A DNA stretch of 64,000 nucleotides, taken from assembly GCA_036338595.1 (NCBI GenBank), contig JAYZBV010000073.1:1-64000 (forward strand). The letters are read 5' to 3'. A program made the translations under genes and the position numbers. The stretch's first letter is position 1; every line of letters starts with the position of its first letter. Source of the DNA: Planctomycetota bacterium. Lineage in GTDB: Bacteria > Planctomycetota > UBA8108 > UBA1146. Positions 1 to 10,288 of this stretch are shown here, piece by piece. The notes under the pieces were generated by a model. It saw only the letters and a program-made list of their open reading frames with translations, was not told where the DNA came from and ran no database searches.

Positions 1-1
1 C

Positions 2-2353
2 AACCCGTACCACAAGCCGCAGCCAGATGGTTCGACTCGCCATGTAAGCCAGATTGCCGGTGACCTGGCCATCGAGTTTCTCTCCCAGCAGGTGAAAGAG
101 AAACCGTTTTGCCTGTCTGTCAGTTTTAACGCTCCGCATGCCGAGGATAGTGACAAGCAGAATCACTACCCGTTCCCGAAGGCTGTCGCGCATCTATACG
201 AGGATTCCACGATCGCGCCGCCTCGAATGGCGGCTCCGGAGATCTTTGAGTCGCAGCCAGAGTTTCTCAAGCGAGGTTTGAATCGCCAGCGATACTTCTG
301 GCGATGGGATACGGACGAAAAGTACCAGAAAAATATCCGTGGTTACTACCGCATGATCAGTGGGGTGGATCACGTGGTGGGCCGTGTCGTGAAACAACTC
401 CAGGCGGCGGGGCTTTCAGAGAACACGATCATCGTTTACGCAGGGGATAATGGTTACTACCTGGGACAACGAGGATTTGCCGGCAAGTGGTCCCACTACG
501 AGGAATCGCTGCGCGTTCCCCTGGTGATTCATGATCCGAGGGCGAGCGATGATGCGCGCGGGAAGCGGGTTGACCAGGTCGCGCTGAATATCGATATTGC
601 CGCGACGATCGTGGAACTGGCGGGAGTGGATGTGCCGGAGTCGTACCAGGGCCGCGGACTGGGGCCGTTGCTGGCAGGTGAAAAGCCCGACGGCTGGCGC
701 ACAGATTTTCTCTGTGAACACCTACTGCACATGCCGGGTGGAATCCCCAAGTACGAGGGCGTCCGCGGCGAGCGGTGGGTCTATGCGCGCTACTTCGAGC
801 AGGATCCGCCATTCGAGTTTCTCCATGACCTGGAGAAGGATCCTGACCAGCTGGTCAACCACGCAACCGATTCGAAGTACTCCGGCCAGCTGGCGACGAT
901 GCGATCTCGCTGTGATGAACTCAGGGACAAGCACGGGGGAGAGTACTCACGAGAGAAATTTCCGCTGCGAGGGGATCGACAGCAGTCCCGGGGGGAGGCA
1001 CGTCCACGCCGACTGGCCCGGGCACTGGGAGGCGAGCGCCCCAACGTGATCCTGATCATCTCGGATGATCAGACCTGGACCGATTTCGGCTTCATGGGCC
1101 ACCCTGTCATCCAGACTCCCTCGCTCGACAGGCTGGCCAGGGAAAGTGCCACCTTCGTGCGCGGTTATGTTCCCACGGCCCTCTGTCGGCCATCGCTGGC
1201 AACCATGATCACGGGACTTTACCCGCACCAGCACAGGATTACCGGGAATGACCCGTCTCCCCCGCAGGGTGTCGGAGGCGCAGCACTTCGAAAGGATCCC
1301 GGTTTTCGGCAGCAGCGGGCACAGTTGATCAGCAATATTGATCGGGTTGCCACGATCCCAAAACTGCTTGCCGAGCACGGTTATCTCAGTCACCAGAGTG
1401 GCAAGTGGTGGGAGGGAAATTTCTCTCGCGGTGGTTTTACCCACGGCATGACACATGGTGATCCGGACCGGGGAGGACGGCATGGAGACGAGGGGCTGAA
1501 AATCGGCCGAGAGGGGCTCAAGCCAGTCTTCGATTTTATTGACGACGCAGGGGAGCAGCCTTATTTCCTCTGGTACGCCCCGTTCCTGCCCCATTCTCCC
1601 CACAATCCTCCTCAGCGGCTGCTTGGAAAATACCAGGCACCAGGCCGACCGATCCAGCTGGCTCGCTATTACGCAATGTGTGAGTGGTTTGATGAAACCT
1701 GCGGCCAGCTGCTCGACTACGTCGACAACAAGGACCAGCGCGACAACACGGTAGTCATCTTCGTGATCGATAACGGTTGGATTCAGCGAACGCCGGAGAC
1801 GAAAGTGCCCGAGGGTTGGCGGCACAGTTTTGCACCTCGTTCCAAGCAATCACCCTTTGATGGCGGAACTCGAACACCGGTCATGGTTCGCTGGCCGGGG
1901 AAGGTGCGTCCAGGATTACGCCAGCAACTCGCCAGCAGAATCGACATCGCCCCCACAGTGCTGAGGGCATGTGGCCTGGAACCGCCAGCACAGATGGAAG
2001 GTATCGACCTTGTCGACCAGTCGTCCAACCGGGGACCGCTCCGTACCCACTTGCTGGGGGAAAGTTATGCTCACGACATTGCCGATGTTTCTGACCCGGA
2101 AAAGACGTTGCTGTATCGCTGGTGTATCGAGGAAAACTGGAAGTTCCTGGTGACCTACGATGGGACGATCGGCCGCAACAAATCGGTCCATCCCCAGACC
2201 ACCTCCTCTCACCTGCTGTTTGACCTGGCGGCAGACCCTCATGAGCATGAAGATCTATCTGCTCAGCACCCGGAAGTGGTGAAGCGGCTTCAGCAGCAAC
2301 TGGATACGAGCTGGCAGCTGAAAACAGCTCTCCCGCGGCCAGTGGAAGAGTGA
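2..2353 (+). CDS. Tandem (two-domain) sulfatase-family protein, 5' partial
   Basis: Frame is open from position 2, so the start lies upstream of the window. It carries the C-terminal half of one sulfatase (NAPH, GDNG, GKWSHYEESLRVPL, LHDLEKDPDQLVN) fused to a complete second domain (PNVILIISDDQ, TPSLDRLA, CRPSLATMITG, DNG, FDLAADPHE). Confidence 0.88.
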   Translation, partial: NPYHKPQPDGSTRHVSQIAGDLAIEFLSQQVKEKPFCLSVSFNAPHAEDSDKQNHYPFPKAVAHLYEDSTIAPPRMAAPEIFESQPEFLKRGLNRQRYFWRWDTDEKYQKNIRGYYRMISGVDHVVGRVVKQLQAAGLSENTIIVYAGDNGYYLGQRGFAGKWSHYEESLRVPLVIHDPRASDDARGKRVDQVALNIDIAATIVELAGVDVPESYQGRGLGPLLAGEKPDGWRTDFLCEHLLHMPGGIPKYEGVRGERWVYARYFEQDPPFEFLHDLEKDPDQLVNHATDSKYSGQLATMRSRCDELRDKHGGEYSREKFPLRGDRQQSRGEARPRRLARALGGERPNVILIISDDQTWTDFGFMGHPVIQTPSLDRLARESATFVRGYVPTALCRPSLATMITGLYPHQHRITGNDPSPPQGVGGAALRKDPGFRQQRAQLISNIDRVATIPKLLAEHGYLSHQSGKWWEGNFSRGGFTHGMTHGDPDRGGRHGDEGLKIGREGLKPVFDFIDDAGEQPYFLWYAPFLPHSPHNPPQRLLGKYQAPGRPIQLARYYAMCEWFDETCGQLLDYVDNKDQRDNTVVIFVIDNGWIQRTPETKVPEGWRHSFAPRSKQSPFDGGTRTPVMVRWPGKVRPGLRQQLASRIDIAPTVLRACGLEPPAQMEGIDLVDQSSNRGPLRTHLLGESYAHDIADVSDPEKTLLYRWCIEENWKFLVTYDGTIGRNKSVHPQTTSSHLLFDLAADPHEHEDLSAQHPEVVKRLQQQLDTSWQLKTALPRPVEE

Positions 2354-2430
2354 AAATCGCTGGCTCAGCGGGCGGTGATTCTTCCAGCGTGACTCGATGG
2401 TCAGCAGGGACAGCAACTGAAAGGCCACAG

Positions 2431-3714
2431 ATGAAGCCCGAGGTTTGGCACCGCTCTCCGGGAAACCGTGGTTCCCTGGCACGGTTCCTGGCTCCTTTCC
2501 TGCTGCTCATGATCGGAAGCTCCTGCCACATCCTGGATCCATCGACCAGCAGTGGAGATCCCTACTCGGGAAACGCATATCGTTTTCCATATGGGGTCAT
2601 GCACAGGATCACCGGTGCCGACGGCATCCTCTGGCAACTGGATCCCGCCGGATGTCCGCTCGATTCGGAGTTGGCTGAAGAGGCGATCGAAACGGCGATG
2701 GAGAGCTGGAACCTGGCTGGCACATGCTCCTTTCGTCGCGCCGAGCCGACACAAGAAGCCACTCTCACGATCAGCTGGAAAGACGCTGATCATGGTCGAC
2801 CCTGCGTCAGGTTCGGGATCTCATCGGAACTGGTGGCTCACATCGCCACCGCACCCACCTCCGGAGATCCGACACCCTTCTCGATTCATCTCAACGCCTC
2901 GGTCGATTGGACTCTCGAAAAATCTCCCGTGAAGGTGGCCCCATCCGGGACTGGCTTGAATGTCGGCATGAGGTTCCATCCGAGCCTGCCGGCAGTGATG
3001 GCGCACGAGGCAGGGCATGTGCTGGGCCTCGGCCATGTCCTGGTCGAGGGATCCGTGATGCAGCCAGTTCCTCTCGACGCATTGGGCTCGCCTGGTGAGG
3101 CGGATCTACTGGCAGTTCGCAGCCTCTATGGTGGAGGCGATGCGTCGGGTGCCGATGACCTGGAGATCTGCTGTGTCGACCCGCAGGGGAAGCCCCACCT
3201 CGCCGCTCCCATCATCCGGGGTCTCACTCCCCGCGACCGGGTCCGTATCCATCTCTTCGATATCGATCTGGACGGTAGAGATGAGATCGTGTTGCTGGGA
3301 AGAGGCCGTGCCACCGACGGGTCCGGGCTACTGATTCTCAAGTTCGGGGATGGAGCGCTCCTGGAAAGGACCATCGGCCCATTTCCGGGTGCGCTGTCAG
3401 GAAACCTGCCGCTGGCGGTGGGGAAGATCGGTAACGGCGATACGGTTCTGGCGCAACACCCCGATGATTCGAAGCCGCGCTATCACGCTCTGGTTTTCCC
3501 GATCGGTGGGCCCCCATTGAGGCCGCTCCTTCCCGGGGAGAGGTGGAACTCGGTCTCCGGTGGCGGGGGTGATGAGGATGGAGACGGTACCCTGGATCAG
3601 CCGATCACCGGCATTGCAGAATGCGGCATTGCAGATTACGGCATGGCAGATCTCGATGGTGACGGAGTGATGGAGTGGATCCGACGCGGAGGTGAGAGTT
3701 CATCTGACCCGTAG
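2431..3714 (+). CDS. Matrixin-like (M10, metzincin) metalloprotease, probable lipoprotein, with C-terminal FG-GAP-like Ca-binding motifs
   Basis: HEAGHVLGLGH zinc motif with Met-turn (GSVMQP); hydrophobic stretch ending IGSSC; DIDLDGRDEI, DEDGDGTLD and DLDGDGVME motifs. Start uncertain (2350 GTG or 2431 ATG). Confidence 0.75.
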   Translation: MKPEVWHRSPGNRGSLARFLAPFLLLMIGSSCHILDPSTSSGDPYSGNAYRFPYGVMHRITGADGILWQLDPAGCPLDSELAEEAIETAMESWNLAGTCSFRRAEPTQEATLTISWKDADHGRPCVRFGISSELVAHIATAPTSGDPTPFSIHLNASVDWTLEKSPVKVAPSGTGLNVGMRFHPSLPAVMAHEAGHVLGLGHVLVEGSVMQPVPLDALGSPGEADLLAVRSLYGGGDASGADDLEICCVDPQGKPHLAAPIIRGLTPRDRVRIHLFDIDLDGRDEIVLLGRGRATDGSGLLILKFGDGALLERTIGPFPGALSGNLPLAVGKIGNGDTVLAQHPDDSKPRYHALVFPIGGPPLRPLLPGERWNSVSGGGGDEDGDGTLDQPITGIAECGIADYGMADLDGDGVMEWIRRGGESSSDP

Positions 3715-3732
3715 ACGCACGATCGGGGATCT

Positions 3733-4689
3733 CTATTCGAAGAGAGCGTCGATGAAACTATCGGGGTCGAATGGCTGTAGATCCTCGATCGATTCTCCCA
3801 CTCCGATGTACTTCACAGGCAAGCCGATCTCCTGAAGGATCGGGAAGATCACGCCTCCGCGGGCGGTTCCATCGAGTTTGGTGAGCACCAGCCCCGAGAC
3901 CTCGATCGCCTCGTTGAATGCCTTCGCCTGGAGAATCGCATTCTGACCGGTCGTGGCATCGAGCACCTGGAGGACCTCATGGGGTGCGCCGTCGAGTTGC
4001 TTGGCGATGACACGGCCGATCTTTGAGAGCTGGTCCATCAGGGGCTTCTCGGTGTGGAGGCGACCAGCAGTGTCGATCAGAAGGACATCTGCCTGCTGAT
4101 TGCGTGCGATCTCGACTGCATCGAAGACGACCGAGGCAGGGTCGGCTCCCGACTCGCCACGGACCATCTCGACTCCGAGTCTCTCGCTCCAGATGCCCAG
4201 CTGGTCGATCGCTGCTGCACGAAATGTGTCTCCTGCAGCGAGCACAACGCTGCGGCCTTCCGAACACCATTGATGGGCCAGTTTGGCGATGGATGTGGTC
4301 TTGCCGACACCATTGACTCCAGCGACGACAACAACGGTGGTGCCCTGTTCGGCCCACTCGATCGAATGGCCACATCCAAGTCGTTTTCGTAACCGCTCCT
4401 TGAGAAAGGGGATCGCCTCTTCTGCCGAAAATTCTCGGTCGCTGTATGCTTCTCTCAGGTCGTCGCACAGGTCCATCGCAACCACGGGGCCGAAATCCGC
4501 CTGGATCAGGATCGTCTCGACCTCTTCGAGCAGTTGATCATCGAGTTTGCGTCCGAGTGTGAAGACGGAGGAGAGTGCGCTGCGAGTCTTTCCCAGACCC
4601 CTTCGCAATCGTGCGAAGGCTCCCAGTTTTTCATTCTCGTCAGCAGGGTCATTGGATTCCTTTTTCCCGAAGAGGTTACCGAGGATCAT
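3733..4689 (-). CDS. ftsY: Signal recognition particle receptor FtsY (short NG-type)
   Basis: [29 protein letters not shown] and [10 protein letters not shown] motifs. Confidence 0.97.
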   Translation of the reverse strand: MILGNLFGKKESNDPADENEKLGAFARLRRGLGKTRSALSSVFTLGRKLDDQLLEEVETILIQADFGPVVAMDLCDDLREAYSDREFSAEEAIPFLKERLRKRLGCGHSIEWAEQGTTVVVVAGVNGVGKTTSIAKLAHQWCSEGRSVVLAAGDTFRAAAIDQLGIWSERLGVEMVRGESGADPASVVFDAVEIARNQQADVLLIDTAGRLHTEKPLMDQLSKIGRVIAKQLDGAPHEVLQVLDATTGQNAILQAKAFNEAIEVSGLVLTKLDGTARGGVIFPILQEIGLPVKYIGVGESIEDLQPFDPDSFIDALFE

Positions 4690-5113
4690 CGGCTTGCTCC
4701 GTTTCTCTCAGCAATCGGTCGAGAATTCCGTTGACGAAAGCTGCAGACTTCTCGGTGGAGAATCTTCTGACGATTTCGATCGCCTCATCGATGGCGACTC
4801 TGGGTGGGACATCATCGATCCATCGGAGTTCCGTGGCTGCGATCCTCAGCACATTTCGATCGATCACTGCCATGCGGGTCATGCGCCAGTTCTTGCTGGC
4901 GGAGTCGATCCACTCATCGATCTCGGCGGGGCGCTCCCAGTAGGCCGAGAGGATCGACCGGGCGTGTGGGCGAGAGTCGGCCTCTGCGGCGAGACTGTTC
5001 ATCACCTCTTCGGCGATTTCCATCGAAGCCTCATGGCCTTGCTGGTCCCACTGATGCAGGCACTGAAGAGCGAGCTCCCGTGCTTTTCTGCGCATTCCTG
5101 CAGTGGACATCAC
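4676..5113 (-). CDS. nusB: Transcription antitermination factor NusB
   Basis: RRKARELALQ, IDRNVLR, AIDEAIEI and FVNGILD motifs; lies downstream of ribH. Confidence 0.96.
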   Translation of the reverse strand: MMSTAGMRRKARELALQCLHQWDQQGHEASMEIAEEVMNSLAAEADSRPHARSILSAYWERPAEIDEWIDSASKNWRMTRMAVIDRNVLRIAATELRWIDDVPPRVAIDEAIEIVRRFSTEKSAAFVNGILDRLLRETEQADDPR

Positions 5114-5592
5114 TCACTCACTTCCCGTGGTATCTGCTGATAGAGACGGATCATCTCGATGGCGGCCTGGGCCGAATCGGCTCCCTTGTTACCCCGTTGG
5201 CCTCCACATCGCTCCATCGCCTGGGTGCGGTTGTCGGTGGTGAGGACACCAAAGATCACGGGAATCTTGCCCTTCGAGGAGAGCCTGGAGATGGCATCCG
5301 CACACGGTCCGGCGACATGGTCGAAGTGAGGAGTCTCTCCCCGGATGACGCAGCCGAGAGTGATGATGGCATCATGATTTCTTGCCTTGTGAAAACGAGT
5401 CGCTGCGCCTGCGATCTCGAATGCGCCAGGAACCCACGCAACATCGATATCTGAACCGGACACGCCCAGTTCTTCGAGGCGTCCAAGCGCACCTTCGAGA
5501 AGTTTCTGGCACGGTTCTCCGCTGAAGCGAGAGACGACGATGGCGATCTTCAGGTGGCTGCCATCGTGAGATCCTTCGAGAATGGGAGTCAC
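5110..5592 (-). CDS. ribH: 6,7-dimethyl-8-ribityllumazine synthase
   Basis: IAIVVSRF, WVPGAFEI, LGCVIRGETPHFDHV and FGVLTT motifs. Confidence 0.97.
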   Translation of the reverse strand: MTPILEGSHDGSHLKIAIVVSRFSGEPCQKLLEGALGRLEELGVSGSDIDVAWVPGAFEIAGAATRFHKARNHDAIITLGCVIRGETPHFDHVAGPCADAISRLSSKGKIPVIFGVLTTDNRTQAMERCGGQRGNKGADSAQAAIEMIRLYQQIPREVSE

Positions 5593-5596
5593 AGGG

Positions 5597-5710
5597 TCAA
5601 TCCGTTCCGTCGCGTTTGGATCCGCCAGCGGTCAGGAGGAGGATGATCCCTACCACGATCAACAATCCGATGACTACGACCACAAGGAGGCCTGAGACAC
5701 TGATACTCAT
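5597..5710 (-). CDS. Small single-pass membrane protein (37 aa), not in the ORF track
   Basis: ATG at 5710 preceded by AGGAG that overlaps the guaA stop. Translation MSISVSGLLVVVVIGLLIVVGIILLLTAGGSKRDGTD*. It fills the guaA-ribH gap almost exactly. Confidence 0.65.
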   Translation of the reverse strand: MSISVSGLLVVVVIGLLIVVGIILLLTAGGSKRDGTD

Positions 5711-5720
5711 CTGGTAACTC

Positions 5721-7277
5721 CTATTCCCACTCGATGGTGGATGGCGGTTTGCTGGAGATGTCGAGAACGACTCGATTGATCCCCTGCACCTCGTTACAGA
5801 TCCGATTCGAGATCCTGGCCAGGATCTCCTGCGGAGGCAGCATCCAGTTCGCGGTCATGCCATCCGTGGACTCGACGATTCTCAGAGCGGCAGTGCAGTC
5901 GTAGGTGCGCTGATCGCCCTGGACTCCTACCGACCTGACTGGAAGTAGTACGGCGAATCCCTGCCAGATGTCACGGAACCGGCTCCAGCCAAGCAACTCC
6001 TCCTGGACGATGGCATCGGCAGATCGGAGGATCTGCAGCCTCTCGCGGGTCACCTCGCCGACGATACGGATAGCGAGACCAGGTCCCGGGAACGGTTGGC
6101 GTTGGACGATCTCATCGGGAAGCCCCACCTCCTTGCCGATGACTCGAGCCTCGTCCTTGAACAGGAACCGAAGCGGCTCGATCAGTTCGAAGTCGATATC
6201 CTCAGGCAATCCGCCAACATTGTGATGACTCTTTATGGTAGCGGAAGGGCCTTCGAATGGACTCACGCTCTCGATGACATCGGGGTATAGAGTTCCCTGA
6301 GCGAGAAATCGTGCGTCTTTGAATTGGCGGGCAGCTTCACTGAACTCTTCGATGAACTGGTGCCCGATGGCTTTTCGCTTCGCCTCCGGGTCGGTCACCC
6401 CGGAGAGCCTTTCGAGGAATCGATCGGTCGCATCGATGAATCGAAAATCGAGCCCGAACTGATTGCCGAAAACCTCGCACACCTGTTCCGCTTCGCCCTG
6501 GCGAAGAACTCCATTATCGATGAAGAAGCAGGTCAACTGATCTCCGATGGCCTTGTGGATCAGCATGGCGACCACCGAGGAATCCACGCCGCCCGAAAGT
6601 GCGCACACGACCTTGTCGGTTCCGACCTTTTCTTGAATCTCCGCAACTGCACGGGAAACATAGTCCTGGATCTCCCAGTCTCCGGAGAAGCGGCAGATCC
6701 GGTACAGGAAGTTATTGAGGATCTTTCCATCATCCTGGGTGTGGGTCACCTCAGGATGAAACTGAAGCCCCCAGAACTGATGGGCCGCATCGTATACCGC
6801 TGCCAGGGGTGTATTTTCGGTATGCGCAATCGGGACGATGTCGCTGGAGATCTCGTTGACTCGATCGCCGTGGCTCATCCAGACTTGCATCCGGTCATCA
6901 CAACCGTGAAAGATCGGGTTGTCGGTCTCGTTGAGGAAAATGGTGGTATCACCGTATTCACGCTCTTTCGAAGCGGTGACCCGGCCACCGGTGGCCTGGC
7001 AAGCGACCTGCATGCCATAGCAGATGCCGAGCACCGGAACGCCCATGTCGAGAATATCAGCATCGAATGTCGGCGCATCATCATCGTAGACCCCGCATGG
7101 GCCTCCACTGAGAATCACTCCCTGGACTCCGAGGTCTCGCAATTGCAGTGCCGTGGTCGTGCAGGGAAGGATCTCGCAGTAGACACGATTTTCTCGCACA
7201 CGTCTGGCGATCAACTGGCTGTATTGCGATCCAAAATCGATGATCGCACAGAACTGGTTGTTCGATCCAGAAGCCAA
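5721..7277 (-). CDS. guaA: GMP synthase (glutamine-hydrolysing)
   Basis: DFGSQYSQLIARRVRE, GICYGMQ, QFHPEV, SGGVDSSV and SKPPSTIEWE motifs. Start placed at TTG 7277 behind GAGGAG. Confidence 0.97.
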   Translation of the reverse strand: MASGSNNQFCAIIDFGSQYSQLIARRVRENRVYCEILPCTTTALQLRDLGVQGVILSGGPCGVYDDDAPTFDADILDMGVPVLGICYGMQVACQATGGRVTASKEREYGDTTIFLNETDNPIFHGCDDRMQVWMSHGDRVNEISSDIVPIAHTENTPLAAVYDAAHQFWGLQFHPEVTHTQDDGKILNNFLYRICRFSGDWEIQDYVSRAVAEIQEKVGTDKVVCALSGGVDSSVVAMLIHKAIGDQLTCFFIDNGVLRQGEAEQVCEVFGNQFGLDFRFIDATDRFLERLSGVTDPEAKRKAIGHQFIEEFSEAARQFKDARFLAQGTLYPDVIESVSPFEGPSATIKSHHNVGGLPEDIDFELIEPLRFLFKDEARVIGKEVGLPDEIVQRQPFPGPGLAIRIVGEVTRERLQILRSADAIVQEELLGWSRFRDIWQGFAVLLPVRSVGVQGDQRTYDCTAALRIVESTDGMTANWMLPPQEILARISNRICNEVQGINRVVLDISSKPPSTIEWE

Positions 7278-7302
7278 GCCTGTCTCCTCTCGAAAATGAT
7301 GC

Positions 7303-8811
7303 CTATTCGACCCTTTCGCGGGTCCCCAGTGCCGGCTTCTCGTAGGAGTACATGTCGTGAACTCCTCCCTCACGCTGAGCGGACTGGGTTCGCGTTTCAA
7401 AACAGAGGTCACCACTGTCGAGGATGGAATGCAGCATGCTCATGTCCCGGACACCGATGTCCTGGAAAGCATGCTTCAAGCCCTGGCACAGGTAGGGGAC
7501 AAGATTGCGAATCGGACCCTTGTCCATCACCATCCCGGAGACTCCTTGTGCAACCCGCACGGTCTCATCCTCGGAGAAGTACCGCTTGCCACCTCCGACA
7601 TCCATCGCCTCGATGGATGCCATTCCACGGTAGCGCTTGAGCCGGATCCCATTCTGGTAGAAGTACTCGCCGGGGGTCTCCGATGTTCCCGAGAACATCA
7701 GGCCCATCATCACTGCCGAAGCTCCCATTGCCAAGGCCTTGACGATGTGGCCAATATCTCTGATACCGCCATCCGCGATGACAGGAACTCCCTGCTCCCT
7801 GCAGTGTAATGCGCAATGATAAACTGCCGCAGCCTGACCACGGCCGACTGCCATCGTCTCCTGAGTGGTACAGATGGAACCAGGACCCATGCCGACGCGA
7901 ATTCCGTCGGCGCCTGCCTTGATCAGGGCGGCGCACTGGTCCTGGGTGACGACATTTCCGGCGATCACCTGCAAGTCCGGGTATGTTGAACGAATATGGC
8001 GAAGCATATCGATCTGATAGACAGAGTGTCCCTGCGCACTATCGATGACCACTACATCGACTCCCGATTCGACCAGCGCATCTAGTCGATCGCGATCTTC
8101 TGGCCTGGTCGAGAGAGCCGCTCCCACCATCAGTTGCTTGTCGATGCTCTTGGAAGCATCCGGGAACTCGCGATTCTTCATGATGTCGGTGCGGGAAACG
8201 AGTGCGGTGAGACGACCATTCTCATCGATGATCGGTAATTTTCCTCGCTTCGAATCGCGAAGCATCCTGTTGGCATCTCCGAGTGTCACACCCTTTGGTG
8301 CCGTGATCAGGTCGGTCGTCATCATTTCGCCCAGCAGGGTCGACCGGTCCTGCTCGAAATCGACATCCCGGTTGGTGACGATGCCCACTAACTTCGAGGC
8401 GAGCGTTCCGTCCTCGGTGATGGGAATGCCAGAGAATCCATGTTTGGAGCGAATTTCATCGACGTCCGAGATGCAATTCGTCGGGCTCAGCACAACGGGT
8501 TCGGTGATGAAACCATTTTCGTAGCGCTTGACTCGCCTGACCATGCGAGATTGCTGCTCGATGGTGTTGTTGTAGTGAATGAATCCGATCCCGCCGAGAA
8601 GGGCCAGTTGAACCGCCATCTCGGATTCGGTGACGGTGTCCATCGGAGATGAGCACAGCGGGGCAGAGAGTTCGATATCGCGAGTAATGCGGGTCTGTAG
8701 ACTTACTTCCTGAACCCCGAAGTCGATGTATCCAGGCAGGATGATGAGGTCATCGTAGGTGAGGCTATTGTTGGACTGGAACAGTCCACGGGCATTCATT
8801 CCGTCGGTCAC
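7303..8811 (-). CDS. guaB: IMP dehydrogenase with CBS pair, eukaryote-like sequence type
   Basis: SSPMDTVTE, catalytic [16 protein letters not shown] and YRGMAS motifs; lies upstream of guaA. Confidence 0.97.
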   Translation of the reverse strand: MTDGMNARGLFQSNNSLTYDDLIILPGYIDFGVQEVSLQTRITRDIELSAPLCSSPMDTVTESEMAVQLALLGGIGFIHYNNTIEQQSRMVRRVKRYENGFITEPVVLSPTNCISDVDEIRSKHGFSGIPITEDGTLASKLVGIVTNRDVDFEQDRSTLLGEMMTTDLITAPKGVTLGDANRMLRDSKRGKLPIIDENGRLTALVSRTDIMKNREFPDASKSIDKQLMVGAALSTRPEDRDRLDALVESGVDVVVIDSAQGHSVYQIDMLRHIRSTYPDLQVIAGNVVTQDQCAALIKAGADGIRVGMGPGSICTTQETMAVGRGQAAAVYHCALHCREQGVPVIADGGIRDIGHIVKALAMGASAVMMGLMFSGTSETPGEYFYQNGIRLKRYRGMASIEAMDVGGGKRYFSEDETVRVAQGVSGMVMDKGPIRNLVPYLCQGLKHAFQDIGVRDMSMLHSILDSGDLCFETRTQSAQREGGVHDMYSYEKPALGTRERVE

Positions 8812-9205
8812 AGGACCCCCTTGCTTCGCCTCAAATGAGCCAGCCCCCCTCGAGGCTGCTCATCCGCCGGATACGGGCAAATCGGGAGGTTCCCGATCGG
8901 TTCATCCCGACGGAACCACCCCGCGGCGACAATTCGTTGGAAGGGGCAGTGGACAGAGTTTAGGGGCGGGAGGGTCCAAGTCAACGAGACCCGCCGAGAC
9001 GGTCGATGGTGCTGCTGGGAGCCATTTCCCCTGCCGAGGACGGTTTCCTCGGCAAGGAGCCTCCCTTATCTTTCACGGGCAAGAGGACCAGTCCCGGCCG
9101 GGGTGTCAGAAGATGACCTCCGGTAACATCTTGCAGGTACGGGCCCGGCTCCGTGTACCGGCCCGGAACTCACTGTCCAGCCAGACCCAGGAACGAGGAA
9201 ACCAC

Positions 9206-10288
9206 ATGTTCAGCGAAGAAGACCACCCCGATGACGAGTTCACTTCGGCACAAGATGGCAGCGATGAGAGCCAGTCACCAGCCGAAGACCCCCCCGAGGG
9301 AACTGCGAACACCATCGTTCAGGTTCAGGAGGCAGTCTCCGAGTTACGACGTCAACTCGGTAACATCATCGTAGGTCAGGACGAGGTCATCGATCAACTG
9401 CTGCTGTCACTACTGTCCGGTGGGCACTGTTTGCTGGTGGGAGTGCCGGGTCTTGCAAAGACGCTGCTCATCAGCACGCTGGCGCGGGCACTGTCACTAT
9501 CCTTCAACAGGATTCAGTTCACGCCGGATCTGATGCCCAGCGACATCACCGGCACCGAGGTGATCCAGTCCGATACCGCCAGCGGCGATCGAGTCTTTCG
9601 ATTTGTTCCTGGTCCTATCTTCGCAAATGTTGTGCTGGCCGATGAGATCAACAGGACACCTCCCAAGACTCAGGCAGCTCTCCTGGAAGCGATGCAGGAG
9701 AAACAAGTCACCGTAGGTGGAAACCGCCACCCCCTGGACCCGCCGTTCTTTGTACTGGCAACCCAGAATCCCATCGAGCAGGAGGGAACCTATCCGCTTC
9801 CCGAGGCGCAACTGGACCGATTCATGTTCAACATTCGCGTCGACTATCCCAGCGCAGATGAAGAGCTTGAAATCATGCAGCGCACCACGGGGGGAACAGA
9901 TGCCGAAGTGCTTCAGGTTCTAGACGGTAAGAAGATCCTCGAATTGCAGGCGCTGGTTCGTAGCGTCCCGATAGCAGATGATCTGATCAGGTATGCGCTT
10001 CGGTTGACCCGAGCGACCCGCGTGCGAACCGATGAGGCGCCCGATTTTGTCCGGAGACATGTCCAGTGGGGAGCAGGTCCACGGGCAGGTCAATACCTCG
10101 TGCTCGGAGCGAAGGCGAGCGCGATCCTGGATGGTCGCCCACATGTGACCGGGGATGACATTCGCCGGGTGGCACTTCCTGTGCTTCGACACAGGATAGT
10201 GACCAATTTCGCTGCGGAAGCGGAAGGGGTCACCTCCGACGACATCATCGAGAAGTTGTTGGAAGAAACGGCGGCGCATGTCGTCTGA
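9206..10288 (+). CDS. moxR: MoxR-family AAA+ ATPase
   Basis: [43 protein letters not shown] and [22 protein letters not shown]. Start ATG 9206 behind GAGGA. Confidence 0.95.
   Translation: MFSEEDHPDDEFTSAQDGSDESQSPAEDPPEGTANTIVQVQEAVSELRRQLGNIIVGQDEVIDQLLLSLLSGGHCLLVGVPGLAKTLLISTLARALSLSFNRIQFTPDLMPSDITGTEVIQSDTASGDRVFRFVPGPIFANVVLADEINRTPPKTQAALLEAMQEKQVTVGGNRHPLDPPFFVLATQNPIEQEGTYPLPEAQLDRFMFNIRVDYPSADEELEIMQRTTGGTDAEVLQVLDGKKILELQALVRSVPIADDLIRYALRLTRATRVRTDEAPDFVRRHVQWGAGPRAGQYLVLGAKASAILDGRPHVTGDDIRRVALPVLRHRIVTNFAAEAEGVTSDDIIEKLLEETAAHVV

Noticed and set aside
6324..7640. 438-aa + strand ORF; similar long shadows at 55975-57078, 60553-61812, 16998-17966 and 947-1849
   Set aside because: They overlap well-supported genes in other frames or strands, have no recognisable motifs, and are expected in GC-rich DNA.
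8759..9205. N-terminal extension of MoxR in the ORF track
   Set aside because: It overlaps the divergent guaB start and promoter region; ATG 9206 has a ribosome-binding site and gives a normal length.
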